NCBI RefSeq assembly: GCF_009914755.1
Contig: NC_060931.1
From: the human T2T-CHM13v2.0 reference genome, Homo sapiens
Direction: 5' to 3' (one strand)
DNA: 64,000 bases
The number at the start of each line of letters is the position of its first letter. The first letter of the stretch is position 1. The notes beneath the pieces are model-generated. The model was not told where the DNA came from and did no database searches. It worked only from the letters and a program-made list of their open reading frames with translations. This document shows, piece by piece, positions 27,075 through 40,500 of this stretch. The position numbers and the translations under genes were made by a program.

Positions 27075-30000
27075 AAAACCTAGACAGAATCATTCTCAGA
27101 AACTACTTCGTGATGTGTGCCTTCAACTCACAGTGTTTAACCCTTCTTTTCTTAGAGCAGTTTAGAAACACTCTGCTTGTAATGTCTGCAAGTGGATATT
27201 TGGACCTCTTTGAGGCCTTCGTTGCAAACGGGATTTCTTCATTTCATGCTAGACTAAGAAGAGTTCTCAGTAACTGTTTTGTGTTGTGTGTATTCAACTC
27301 ACAGTGTTGAACCTTTCTATAGAGAGAGCAGATTTGAAACACTCTTGCTGTGCAATTTTCAGGTGGAGATTTCAAGCGATTTGAGGACAATTGCAGAAAA
27401 GGAAATATCTTCGTATAAAAACCAGAGAGAATCATTCTCAGCAAGTGCTTTCTTACGTGTGCGTTCAACTCACAGAGTTTAACCTTCCTTTTCATAGAGC
27501 AGTTTGGAAACACACTGTTTGTTATGTCTGTAAGTGGATATTTGGACCTGTTTGAGGCCTTCTTTGGAAACGGGCTTTTTTCATATAATGCTAGATGGAA
27601 GAATTCTCAGTAAATTCTTTGTGTTGTCTGCATTCAACTCACAGAGTGGAACGTCCTTTTAGACAGAGCAGATTTGAAACACTCTTTGTCTGGAATTTGC
27701 AAATGGAGATTTCAAGCGATTTGATGACAACAGTAGAAAATGAAATATCTTCAAATAAAAACCAGACAGAATCATTCTCAGAAAGTGCTTTGTGATGTGT
27801 GCGTTCAACTCACAGAGTTTAACCTTTCTTTTCATAGAGGAGTTTGGAAACACACTGTTTGTAAAGTCTGCAAGTGGATATATGGACCTGTTTGAGGCCT
27901 CCGTTGGAAACGGGATTTCTTCATTGAATGCTAGACAGAAGAATTCTCAGTAAATTCTTTGTGTTGTGTGCATTCAACTCCCAGAGTGGAACGTCCCTTT
28001 AGACAGAGCAGATTTGAAACACTCTTTTTGCGGAATTTGCAAATGGAGATTTCTAGCCATTTGATGCCAACGGTAGAAAGGGAAATATCTTCAAATAAAA
28101 ACTAGACAGAATCATCCTCAGAAAATTCTTTGTGATGTGTGCGTTCAACTCACATAGTTTAACCTTTCTTTTCATAGACCAGTTTGGAAACGCTCTGTTG
28201 GTAATGTCTGCAAGTGGATATATGGACCGCTTTGAGGACTTCGTTGGAAACGGGATTTCTTAATTTCATGCTAGACAGAAGAATTCTCAGTAACTTCTTT
28301 GTGTTGTGTGTATTCAACTGACAGATTGGAATGTCCCATTACATAGAGCAGTTTTGAAACACTCTTTTTGTGGAATTTAAAAGTGGAGAATTCAAGCGAT
28401 TTGATGCCAACAGTTGAAAAGGAAATATCTTCAAATAAAAACTAGACAGAATCATTCTCAGAAAATTCTTTGTGATGTGTGCGTTCAGCTCACATAGTTT
28501 AACCTTTCTTTTCATAGAGCAGTTTCGAAACACACTGTTTGTAAAATCTGCAAGTGGATATATGTACCGCTTTGAGGCATTCCTTGGAAACGGGATTTCT
28601 TCATTGAATGCTAGACAGAAGAATTCTCAGTAAATTCTTTGTGTTGTGTGCATTCAACTCACCGAGTGGAACGTCCCTTTAGACAGAGCAGATTTGAAAC
28701 ACTCTTTTTGCGAAATTTGGAAATGGAGATTTCAAGCCATTTGATGCCAACAATAGAAAGGGAAATATCTTCAAATAAAAACTAGACAGAATCATTCTCA
28801 GAAAATTCTTTGTGATGTGTGCGTTCAACTCACATAGTTTAACCTTTCTTTTCATAGAGCAGTTTGGAAACACTCTGCTTGTAAAGTCTGCAAGTAGATA
28901 TATGGACCGCTTTGAGGCCTTCGTTGGAAACGGGATTTCTTCATTTCATGCTAGACAGAAGAATTCTCAGTAACTTCTTTGTGTTGTGTGTATTCAACTC
29001 ACAGAGTGGAACGTCCCTTTAGACAGAGAAGATTTGAAACACTCTTTTTGTGGAATTTGCAAGTGGAGATTTCAAGCGATTTGATGCCAGCAGTAGAAAA
29101 GGAAATATCTTCAAATAAAAACTAGACAGAATCATTCTCAGAAACTACTTTGTGATGTGTGCCTTCAACTCACAGAGTTTAACCTTTCTTTTCTTAGAGC
29201 AGTTTAGAAACACTCTGCTTCTTAAGTCTGCAACTGGATATTTGGACCTCTTTGAGGCCTTCGTTGCAAACGGGATTTCTTCCTTTAATGCTAGACTAAG
29301 AAGAGTTCTCAGTAACTTTTTTGTGTTGTGTGTATTCAACTCACAGAGTTGAACCTTGCTTTAGAGAGAGCAGATTTGAAACACTCTTGCTGTGGCATTT
29401 TCAGGTGGAGATTTCAAGCGATTTGAGGACAATTGCACAAAAGGAAATATCTTCGTATAATAACCAGACAGAATCATTCTCAGAAAGTGCTTTGTGATGT
29501 GTGCGTTCAACTCACAGAGTTTAACCTTTCTTTTCATAGAGGAGTTTGGAAACACACTGTTTGTAAAGTCTGCAAGTGGATATATGGACCTGTTTGAGGC
29601 CTTCGTTGGAAACGGGATTTCTTCATTGAATGCTAGACGGAAGAATTCTCAGTAAATTCTTTGTGTTGTGTGCATTCAACTCACAGAGTGGAACGTCCCT
29701 TTAGACAGAGCAGATTTGAAACACTCTTTTTGCGGAATTTGCAATTGGAGATTTCTAGCCATTTGATGCCAACGGTAGAACGGGAAATATCTTCAAATAA
29801 AAACTAGACAGAATCATCCTCAGAAAATTCTTTGTGATGTGTGCGTTCAACTCACATAGTTTAACCTTTCTTTTCATAGACCAGTTTGGAAACACTCTGT
29901 TGGTAATGTCTGCAAGTGGATATATGGACCGCTTTGAGGACTTCGTTGGAAACGGAATTTCTTAATTTCATGCTAGACAGAAGAATTCTCAGTAACTTCT

Positions 30001-31170
30001 TTGTGTTGTGTGTATTCAACTGACAGATTGGAATGTCCCATTACACAGAGCAGTTTTGAAACACTCTTTTTGTGGAATTTAAAAGTGGAGAATTCAAGCG
30101 ATTTGATGCCAAAAGTTGGAAAGGAAATATCTTCAAATAAAAATTAGACAGAATCATTCTCAGAAAATTCTTTGTGATGTGTGCGTTCAGCTCACATAGT
30201 TTAACCTTTCTTTTCATAGAGCAGTTTCGAAACACACTGTTTGTAAAATCTGCAAGTGGATATATGTACCGCTTTGAGGCATTCCTTGGAAACGGGATTT
30301 CTTCATTGAATGCTAGACAGAAGAATTCTCAGTAAATTCTTTGTGTTGTGTGCATTCAACTCACCGAGTGGAACGTCCCTTTAGACAGACCAGATTTGAA
30401 ACACTCTTTTTGCGAAATTTGGTAGTGGAGATTTCAAGCCATTTGATGCCAACAATAGAAAGGGAAATATCTTCAAATAAAAACTAGACAGAATCATTCT
30501 CAGAAAATTCTTTGTGATGTGTGCGTTCAACTCACATAGTTTAACCTTTCTTTTCATAGAGCAGTTTGGAAACACTCTGTTTGTAAAGTCTGCAAGTAGA
30601 TATATGGACCGCTTTGAGGCCTTCGTTGGAAACGGGATTTCTTCATTTCATGCTAGACAGAAGAATTCTCAGTAACTCCTTTGTGTTGTGTGTATTCAAC
30701 TCACAGTGTGGAACGTCCCTTTAGACAGAGCAGATTTGAAACACTCTTTTTGTGGAATTTGCAAGTGGAGATTTCAAGCGATTTGATGCCAGCAGTAGAA
30801 AAGGAAATATCTTCAAATAAAAACTAGACAGAATCATTCTCAGAAACTACTTTGTGATGTGTGCCTTCAACTCACAGAGTTTAACCTTTCTTTTCTTAGA
30901 GCAGTTTAGAAACACTCTGCTTCTTATGTCTGCAAGTGGATATTTGGACCTCTTTGAGGCCTTCGTTGCAAACGGGATTTCTTCCTTTAATGCTAGACTA
31001 AGAAGAGTTCTCAGTAACTTTTTTGTGTTGTGTGTATTCAACTCACAGAGTTGAACCTTGCTTTAGAGAGAGCAGATTTGAAACACTCTTGCTGTGGCAT
31101 TTTCAGGTGGAGATTTCAAGCGATTTGAGGAGAATTGCAGAAAAGGAAATATCTTCGTATAATAACCAGA
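27075..31170 (+). repeat. Second copy of segment ~17,203-21,300 (12-mer + 10-mer; offset 9,872 bp)
   Basis: Rare variants recur at exactly +9,872: AAAACCTAGA, CTACTTCGTG, CTTTCTATAG, CTTCTTTGGAAACGGGC, TTAAGTCTGCAACT, GTAGAACGGG, TTGGTAGTGG. Confidence 0.9.
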
Positions 31171-34100
31171 GAGAATCATTCTCAGAAAGTGCTTTGTGAT
31201 GTGTGCGTTCAACTCACAGAGTTTAACCTTTCTTTTCATAGAGGAGTTTCGAAACACACTGTTTGTAAAGTCTGCAAGTGGATATATGGACCTGTTTGAG
31301 GCCTTCGTTGGAAACGGGATTTTATCATATAATGCTAGACGGAAGAATTCTCAGTAAATTCTTTGTGTTGTGTGCATTCAACTCACAGAGTGGAACGTCC
31401 CTTTAGACAGAGAAGATTTTAAACACTCTTTTTGCGGAATTTGCAAGTGGAGTTTTCTAGCCACTTGATGCCAACAGTAGAAAGGGAAATATCTTCAAAT
31501 AAAAACCAGACAGAATCATTCTCAGAAAATTCTTTGTGATGTGTGCGTTCAACTCACATAGTTTAACCTTTCTTTTCATAGAGCAGTTTGGAAACACTCT
31601 GTTTGTAAAGTCTGCAAGTGGATATATGGACCGCATTGAGGCCTTCGTTGGAAACGGGATTTCTTCATTTCATGCTAGACAGAAGAATTCTCAGTAACTT
31701 CTTTGTGCTGTGTGTATTCAACTCACAGAGTGCAACGTCCCTTTACACAGAGCAGATTTGAAACACTCTTTTTGTGGAATTTGCAAGTGGAGATTTCAAG
31801 CGATTTGATGCCAACAGTAGAAGAGGAAATATCTTCAAATAAAAACTAGACAGAATCATTCTCAGAAACTACTTTGTGATGTGTGCCTTCAACTCGCAGA
31901 GTTTAACCTTTCTTTTCTTAGAGCAGTTTAGAAACACTCTGCTTGTTATGTCTGCAAGTGGATATTTGGACCTCTTTGAGGCCTTCGTTGCAAACGGGAT
32001 TTCTTCCTTTAATGCTAGACTGAGAAGAGTTCTCAGTAACTTTTTTGTGTTGTGTGTATTCAACTCACAGAGTTGAACCTTGCTTTAGAGAGAGCAGATT
32101 TGAAACACTCTTGCTGTGGCATTTTCAGGTGGAGATTTCAAGCGATTTGAGGACAATTGCAGAAAAGGAAATATCTTCGTATAATAACCAGACAGAATCA
32201 TTCTCAGAAAGTGCTTTGTGATGTGTGCGTTCAACTCACAGAGTTTAACCTTTCTTTTCATAGAGGAGTTTGGAAACACACTGTTTGTAAAGTCTGCATG
32301 TGGATATATGGACCTGTTTGAGGCCTTCGTTGGAAACGGGATTTCTTCATTGAATGCTAGACGGAAGAATTCTCAGTAAATTCTTTGTGTTGTGTGCATT
32401 CAACTCACAGAGTGGAACGTCCCTTTAGACAGAGCAGATTTGAAACACTCTTTTTGCAGAATTTGCAAGTGGAGATTTCTAGCCATTTGATGCCAACGGT
32501 AGAAAGGGAAATATCTTCAAATAAAAACTAGACAGAATTATCCTCAGAAAATTCTTTGTGATGTGTGCGTTCAACTCACATAGTTTAACCTTTCTTTTCA
32601 TAGACCAGTTTGGAAACACTCTGTTGGTAATGTCTGCAAGTGGATATATGGACCGCTTTGAGGACTTCGTTGGAAACGGGATTTCTTAATTTCATGCTAG
32701 ACAGAAGAATTCTCAGTAACTTCTTTGTGTTGTGTGTATTCAACTGACAGAATGGAATGTCCCATTACACAGAGCAGTTTTGAAACACTCTTTTTGTGGA
32801 ATTTAAAAGTGGAGAATTCAAGCGATTTGATGCCAACAGTTGAAAAGGAAATATCTTCAAATAAAAACTAGACAGAATCATTCTCAGAAAATTCTTTGTG
32901 ATGTGTGCGTTCAGCTCACATAGTTTAACCTTTCTTTTCATAGAGCAGTTTCGAAACACACTGTTTGTAAAATCTGCAAGTGGATATATGTACCGCTTTG
33001 AGGCATTCCTTGGAAACGGGATTTCTTCATTGAATGCTAGACAGAAGAATTCTCAGTAAATTCTTTGTGTTGTGTGCATTCAACTCACCGAGTGGAACGT
33101 CCCTTTAGACAGAGCAGATTTGAAACACTCTTTTTGCGAAATTTGGAAATGGAGATTTCAAGCCATTTGATGCCAACAATAGAAAGGGAAATATCTTCAA
33201 ATAAAAACTAGACAGAATCATTCTCAGAAAATTCTTTGTGATGTGTGCGTTCAACTCACATAGTTTAACCTTTCTTTTCATAGAGCAGTTTGGAAACACT
33301 CTGCTTGTAAAGTCTGCAAGTAGATATATGGACCGCTTTGAGGCCTTCGTTGGAAACGGGATTTCTTCATTTCATGCTAGACAGAAGAATTCTCAGTAAC
33401 TTCTTTGTGTTGTGTGTATTCAACTCACAGAGTGGAACGTCCCTTTAGACAGAGCAGATTTGAAACACTCTTTTTGTGGAATTTGCAAGTGGAGATTTCA
33501 AGCGATTTGATGCCAGCAGTAGAAAAGGAAATATCTTCTAATAAAAACTAGACAGAATCATTCTCAGAAACTACTTTGTGATGTGTGCCTTCAACTCACA
33601 GAGTTTAACCTTTCTTTTCTTAGAGCAGTTTAGAAACACTCTGCTGCTTATGTCTGCAAGTGGATATTTGGACCTCTTTGAGGCCTTCGTTGCAAACGGG
33701 ATTTCTTCCTTTAATGCTAGACTAAGAAGAGTTCTCAGTAACTTTTTTGTGTTGTCTGTATTCAACTCACAGAGTTGAACCTTGCTTTAGAGAGAGCAGA
33801 TTTGAAACACTCTTGCTGTGGCATTTTCAGGTGGAGATTTCAAGCGATTTGAGGACAATTGCAGAAAAGGAAATATCTTCGTATAATAACCAGACAGAAT
33901 CATTCTCAGAAAGTGCTTTGTGATGTGTGCGTTCAACTCACAGAGTTTAACCTTTCTTTTCATAGAGGAGTTTGGAAACACACTGTTTGTAAAGTCTGCA
34001 AGTGGATATATGGACCTGTTTGAGGCCTTCGTTGGAAACGGGATTTCTTCATTGAATGCTAGACGGAAGAATTCTCAGTAAATTCTTTGTGTTGTGTGCA

Positions 34101-34599
34101 TTCAACTCACAGAGTGGAACGTCCCTTTAGACAGAGCAGATTAGAAACACTCTTTTTGCGGAATTTGCAATTGGAGAATTCTAGCCATTTGATGCCAACG
34201 GTAGAAAGGGAAATATCTTCAAATAAAAACTAGACAGAATCATCCTCAGAAAATTCTTTGTGATGTGTGCGTTCAACTCACATAGTTTAACCTTTCTTTT
34301 CATAGAGCAGTTTGGAAACACTCTGTTTGTAAAGTCTGCAAGTGGATATATGGACCGCATTGAGGCCTTCGTTGGAAACGGGATTTCTTCATTTCATGCT
34401 AGACAGAAGAATTCTCAGTAACTTCTTTGTGCTGTGTGTATTCAACTCACAGAGTGCAACGTCCCTTTACACAGAGCAGATTTGAAACACTCTTTTTGTG
34501 GAATTTGCAAGTGGAGATTTCAAGCGATTTGATGCCAACAGTAGAAAAGGAAATATCTTCAAATAAAAACTAGACAGAATCATTCTCAGAAACTACTTT

Positions 34600-37500
34600 G
34601 TGATGTGTGCCTTCAACTCGCAGAGTTTAACCTTTCTTTTCTTAGAGCAGTTTAGAAACACTCTGCTTGTTATGTCTGCAAGTGGATATTTGGACCTCTT
34701 TGAGGCCTTCGTTGCAAACGGGATTTCTTCCTTTAATGCTAGACTAAGAAGAGTTCTCAGTAACTTTTTTGTGTTGTGTGTATTCAACTCACAGAGTTGA
34801 ACCTTGCTTTAGAGAGAGCAGATTTGAAACACTCTTGCTGTGGCATTTTCAGGTGGAGATTTCAAGCGATTTGAGGACAATTGCAGAAAAGGAAATATCT
34901 TCGTATAATAACCAGACAGAATCATTCTCAGAAAGTGCTTTGTGATGTGTGCGTTCAACTCACAGAGTTTAACCTTTCTTTTCATAGAGGAGTTTGGAAA
35001 CACACTGTTTGTAAAGTCTGCATGTGGATATATGGACCTGTTTGAGGCCTTCGTTGGAAACGGGATTTCTTCATTGAATGCTAGACGGAAGAATTCTCAG
35101 TAAATTCTTTGTGTTGTGTGCATTCAACTCACCGAGTGGAACGTCCCTTTAGACAGACCAGATTTGAAACACTCTTTTTGCGAAATTTGGAAGTGTAGAT
35201 TTCAAGCCATTTGATGCCAACAATAGAAAGGGAAATATCTTCAAATAAAAACTAGACAGAATCATTCTCAGAAAATTCTTTGTGATGTGTGCGTTCAACT
35301 CACATAGTTTAACCTTTCTTTTCATAGAGCAGTTTGGAAACACTCTGTTTGTAAAGTCTGCAAGTAGATATATGGACCGCTTTGAGGCCTTCGTTGGAAA
35401 CGGGATTTCTTCATTTCATGCTAGACAGAAGAATTCTCAGTAACTCCTTTGTGTTGTGTGTATTCAACTCACAGTGTGGAACGTCCCTTTAGACAGAGCA
35501 GATTTGAAACACTCTTTTTGTGGAATTTGCAAGTGGAGATTTCAAGCGATTTGATGCCAGCAGTAGAAAAGGAAATATCTTCTAATAAAAACTAGACAGA
35601 ATCATTCTCAGAAACTACTTTGTGATGTGTGCCTTCAACTCACAGAGTTTAACCTTTCTTTTCTTAGAGCAGTTTAGAAACACTCTGCTGCTTATGTCTG
35701 CAAGTGGATATTTGGACCTCTTTGAGGCCTTCGTTGCAAACGGGATTTCTTCCTTTAATGCTAGACTAAGAAGAGTTCTCAGTAACTTTTTTGTGTTGTG
35801 TGTATTCAACTCACAGAGTTGAACCTTGCTTTAGAGAGAGCAGATTTGAAACACTCTTGCTGTGGCATTTTCAGGTGGAGATTTCAAGCGATTTGAGGAC
35901 AATTGCAGAAAAGGAAATATCTTCGTATAATAACCAGACAGAATCATTCTCAGAAAGTGCTTTGTGATGTGTGCGTTCAACTCACAGAGTTTAACCTTTC
36001 TTTTCATAGAGGAGTTTGGAAACACACTGTTTGTAAAGTCTGCAAGTGGATATATGGACCTGTTTGAGGCCTTCGTTGGAAACGGGATTTCTTCATTGAA
36101 TGCTAGACGGAAGAATTCTCAGTAAATTCTTTGTGTTGTGTGCATTCAACTCACAGAGTGGAACGTCCCTTTAGACAGAGCAGATTTGAAACACTCTTTT
36201 TGCGGAATTTGCAATTGGAGATTTCTAGCCATTTGATGCCAACGGTAGAAAGGGAAATATCTTCAAATAAAAACTAGACAGAATCATCCTCAGAAAATTC
36301 TTTGTGATGTGTGCGTTCAACTCACATAGTTTAACCTTTCTTTTCATAGACCAGTTTGGAAACACTCTGTTGGTAATGTCTGCAAGTGGATATATGGACC
36401 GCTTTGAGGACTTCGTTGGAAACGGAATTTCTTAATTTCATGCTAGACAGAAGAATTCTCAGTAACTTCTTTGTGTTGTGTGTATTCAACTGACAGATTG
36501 GAATGTCCCATTACACAGAGCAGTTTTGAAACACTCTTTTTGTGGAATTTAAAAGTGGAGAATTCAAGCGATTTGATGCCAAAAGTTGGAAAGGAAATAT
36601 CTTCAAATAAAAATTAGACAGAATCATTCTCAGAAAATTCTTTGTGATGTGTGCGTTCAGCTCACATAGTTTAACCTTTCTTTTCATAGAGCAGTTTCGA
36701 AACACACTGTTTGTAAAATCTGCAAGTGGATATATGTACCGCTTTGAGGCATTCCTTGGAAACGGGATTTCTTCATTGAATGCTAGACAGAAGAATTCTC
36801 AGTAAATTCTTTGTGTTGTGTGCATTCAACTCACCGAGTGGAACGTCCGTTTAGACAGACCAGATTTGAAACACTCTTTTTGCGAAATTTGGAAGTGGAG
36901 ATTTCAAGCCATTTGATGCCAACAATAGAAAGGGAAATATCTTCAAATAAAAACTAGGCAGAATCATTCTCAGAAAATTCTTTGTGATGTGTGCGTTCAA
37001 CTCACATAGTTTAACCTTTCTTTTCATAGAGCAGTTTGGAAACACTCTGTTTGTAAAGTCTGCAAGTAGATATATGGACCGCTTTGAGGCCTTCGTTGGA
37101 AACGGGATTTCTTCATTTCATGCTAGACAGAAGAATTCTCAGTAACTCCTTTGTGTTGTGTGTATTCAACTCACAGTGTGGAACGTCCCTTTAGACAGAG
37201 CAGATTTCAAACACTCTTTTTGTGGAATTTGCAAGTGGAGATTTCAAGCGATTTGATGCCAGCAGTAGAAAAGGAAATATCTTCAAATAAAAACTAGACA
37301 GAATCATTCTCAGAAACTACTTTGTGATGTGTGCCTTCAACTCACAGAGTTTAACCTTTCTTTTCTTAGAGCAGTTTAGAAACACTCTGCTTCTTATGTC
37401 TGCAAGTGGATATTTGGACCTCTTTGAGGCCTTCGTTGCAAACGGGATTTCTTCCTTTAATGCTAGACTAAGAAGAGTTCTCAGTAACTTTTTTGTGTTG

Positions 37501-40500
37501 TGTGTATTCAACTCACAGAGTTGAACCTTGCTTTAGAGAGAGCAGATTTGAAACACTCTTGCTGTGGCATTTTCAGGTGGAGATTTCAAGCGATTTGAGG
37601 ACAATTGCAGAAAAGGAAATATCTTCGTATAATAACCAGACAGAATCATTCTCAGAAAGTGCTTTGTGATGTGTGCGTTCAACTCACAGAGTTTAACCTT
37701 TCTTTTCATAGAGGAGTTTGGAAACACACTGTTTGTAAAGTCTGCAAGTGGATATATGGACCTGTTTGAGGCCTTCGTTGGAAACGGGATTTCTTCATTG
37801 AATGCTAGACGGAAGAATTCTCAGTAAATTCTTTGTGTTGTGTGCATTCAACTCACAGAGTGGAACGTCCCTTTAGACAGAGCAGATTTGAAACACTCTT
37901 TTTGCGGAATTTGCAATTGGAGATTTCTAGCCATTTGATGCCAACGGTAGAAAGGGAAATATCTTCAAATAAAAACTAGACAGAATCATCCTCAGAAAAT
38001 TCTTTGTGATGTGTGCGTTCAACTCACATAGTTTAACCTTTCTTTTCATAGACCAGTTTGGAAACACTCTGTTGGTAATGTCTGCAAGTGGATATATGGA
38101 CCGCTTTGAGGACTTCGTTGGAAACGGAATTTCTTAATTTCATGCTAGACAGAAGAATTCTCAGTAACTTCTTTGTGTTGTGTGTATTCAACTGACAGAT
38201 TGGAATGTCCCATTACACAGAGCAGTTTTGAAACACTCTTTTTGTGGAATTTAAAAGTGGAGAATTCAAGCGATTTGATGCCAAAAGTTGGAAAGGAAAT
38301 ATCTTCAAATAAAAATTAGACAGAATCATTCTCAGAAAATTCTTTGTGATGTGTGCGTTCAGCTCACATAGTTTAACCTTTCTTTTCATAGAGCAGTTTC
38401 GAAACACACTGTTTGTAAAATCTGCAAGTGGATATATGTACCGCTTTGAGGCATTCCTTGGAAACGGGATTTCTTCATTGAATGCTAGACAGAAGAATTC
38501 TCAGTAAATTCTTTGTGTTGTGTGCATTCAACTCACCGAGTGGAACGTCCCTTTAGACAGAGCAGATTTGAAACAGTCTTTTTGCGAAATTTGGAAGTGG
38601 AGATTTCAAGCCATTTGATGCCAACAATAGAAAGGGAAATATCTTCAAATAAAAACTAGACAGAATCATTCTCAGAAAATTCTTTGTGATGTGTGCGTTC
38701 AACTCACATAGTTTAACCTTTCTTTTCATAGAGCAGTTTGGAAACACTCTGTTTGTAAAGTCTGCAAGTAGATATATGGACCGCTTTGAGGCCTTCGTTG
38801 GAAACGGGATTTCTTCATTTCATGCTAGACAGAAGAATTCTCAGTAACTCCTTTGTGTTGTGTGTATTCAACTCACAGTGTGGAACGTCCCTTTAGACAG
38901 AGCAGATTTGAAACACTCTTTTTGTGGAATTTGCAAGTGGAGATTTCAAGCGATTTGATGCCAGCAGTAGAAAAGGAAATATCTTCAAATAAAAACTAGA
39001 CAGAATCATTCTCAGAAACTACTTTGTGATGTGTGCCTTCAACTCACAGAGTTTAACCTTTCTTTTCTTAGAGCAGTTTAGAAACACTCTGCTTCTTATG
39101 TCTGCAAGTGGATATTTGGACCTCTTTGAGGCCTTCGTTGCAAACGGGATTTCTTCCTTTAATGCTAGACTAAGAAGAGTTCTCAGTAACTTTTTTGTGT
39201 TGTGTGTATTCAACTCACAGAGTTGAACCTTGCTTTAGAGAGTGCAGATTTGAAACACTCTTGCTGTGGCATTTTCAGGTGGAGATTTCAAGCGATTTGA
39301 GGACAATTGCAGAAAAGGAAATATCTTCGTATAATAACCAGAGAGAATCATTCTCAGAAAGTGCTTTGTGATGTGTGCGTTCAACTCACAGAGTTCAACC
39401 TTTCTTTTCATAGAGGAGTTTCGAAACACACTGTTTGTAAAGTCTGCAAGTGGATATATGGACCTGTTTGATGCCTTCGTTGGAAACGGGATTTTATCAT
39501 ATAATGCTAGACGGAAGAATTCTCAGTATATTCTTTGTGTTGTGTGCATTCAACTCACAGAGTGGAACGTCCCTTTAGACAGAGAAGATTTTAAACACTC
39601 TTTTTGCGGAATTTGCAAGTGGAGTTTTCTAGCCATTTGATGCCAACAGTAGAAAGGGAAATATCTTCAAATAAAAACCAGACAGAATCATTCTCAGAAA
39701 ATTCTTTGTGATGTGTGCGTTCAACTCACATAGTTTAACCTTTCTTTTCATAGAGCCGTTTGGAAACACTCTGTTTGTAAAGTCTGCAAGTGGATATTTG
39801 GACCGCATTGAGGCCTTCGTTGGAAACGGGATTTCTTCATTTCATGCTAGACAGAAGAATTCTCAGTAACTTCTTTGTGCTGTGTGTATTCAACTCACAG
39901 AGTGCAACGTCCCTTTACACAGAGCAGATTTGAAACACTCTTTTTGTGGAATTTGCAAGTGGAGATTTCAAGCGATTTGATGCCAACAGTAGAAAAGGAA
40001 ATATCTTCAAATAAAAACTAGACAGAATCATTCTCAGAAACTACTTTGTGATGTGTGCCTTCAACTCGCAGAGTTTAACCTTTCTTTTCTTAGAGCAGTT
40101 TAGAAACACTCTGCTTGTTATGTCTGCAAGTGGATATTTGGACCTCTTTGAGGCCTTCGTTGCAAACGGGATTTCTTCCTTTAATGCTAGACTAAGAAGA
40201 GTTCTCAGTAACTTTTTTGTGTTGTGTGTATTCAACTCACAGAGTTGAACCTTGCTTTAGAGAGAGCAGATTTGAAACACTCTTGCTGTGGCATTTTCAG
40301 GTGGAGATTTCAAGCGATTTGAGGACAATTGCAGAAAAGGAAATATCTTCGTATAATAACCAGACAGAATCATTCTCAGAAAGTGCTTTGTGATGTGTGC
40401 GTTCAACTCACAGAGTTTAACCTTTCTTTTCATAGAGGAGTTTGGAAACACACTGTTTGTAAAGTCTGCATGTGGATATATGGACCTGTTTGAGGCCTTC

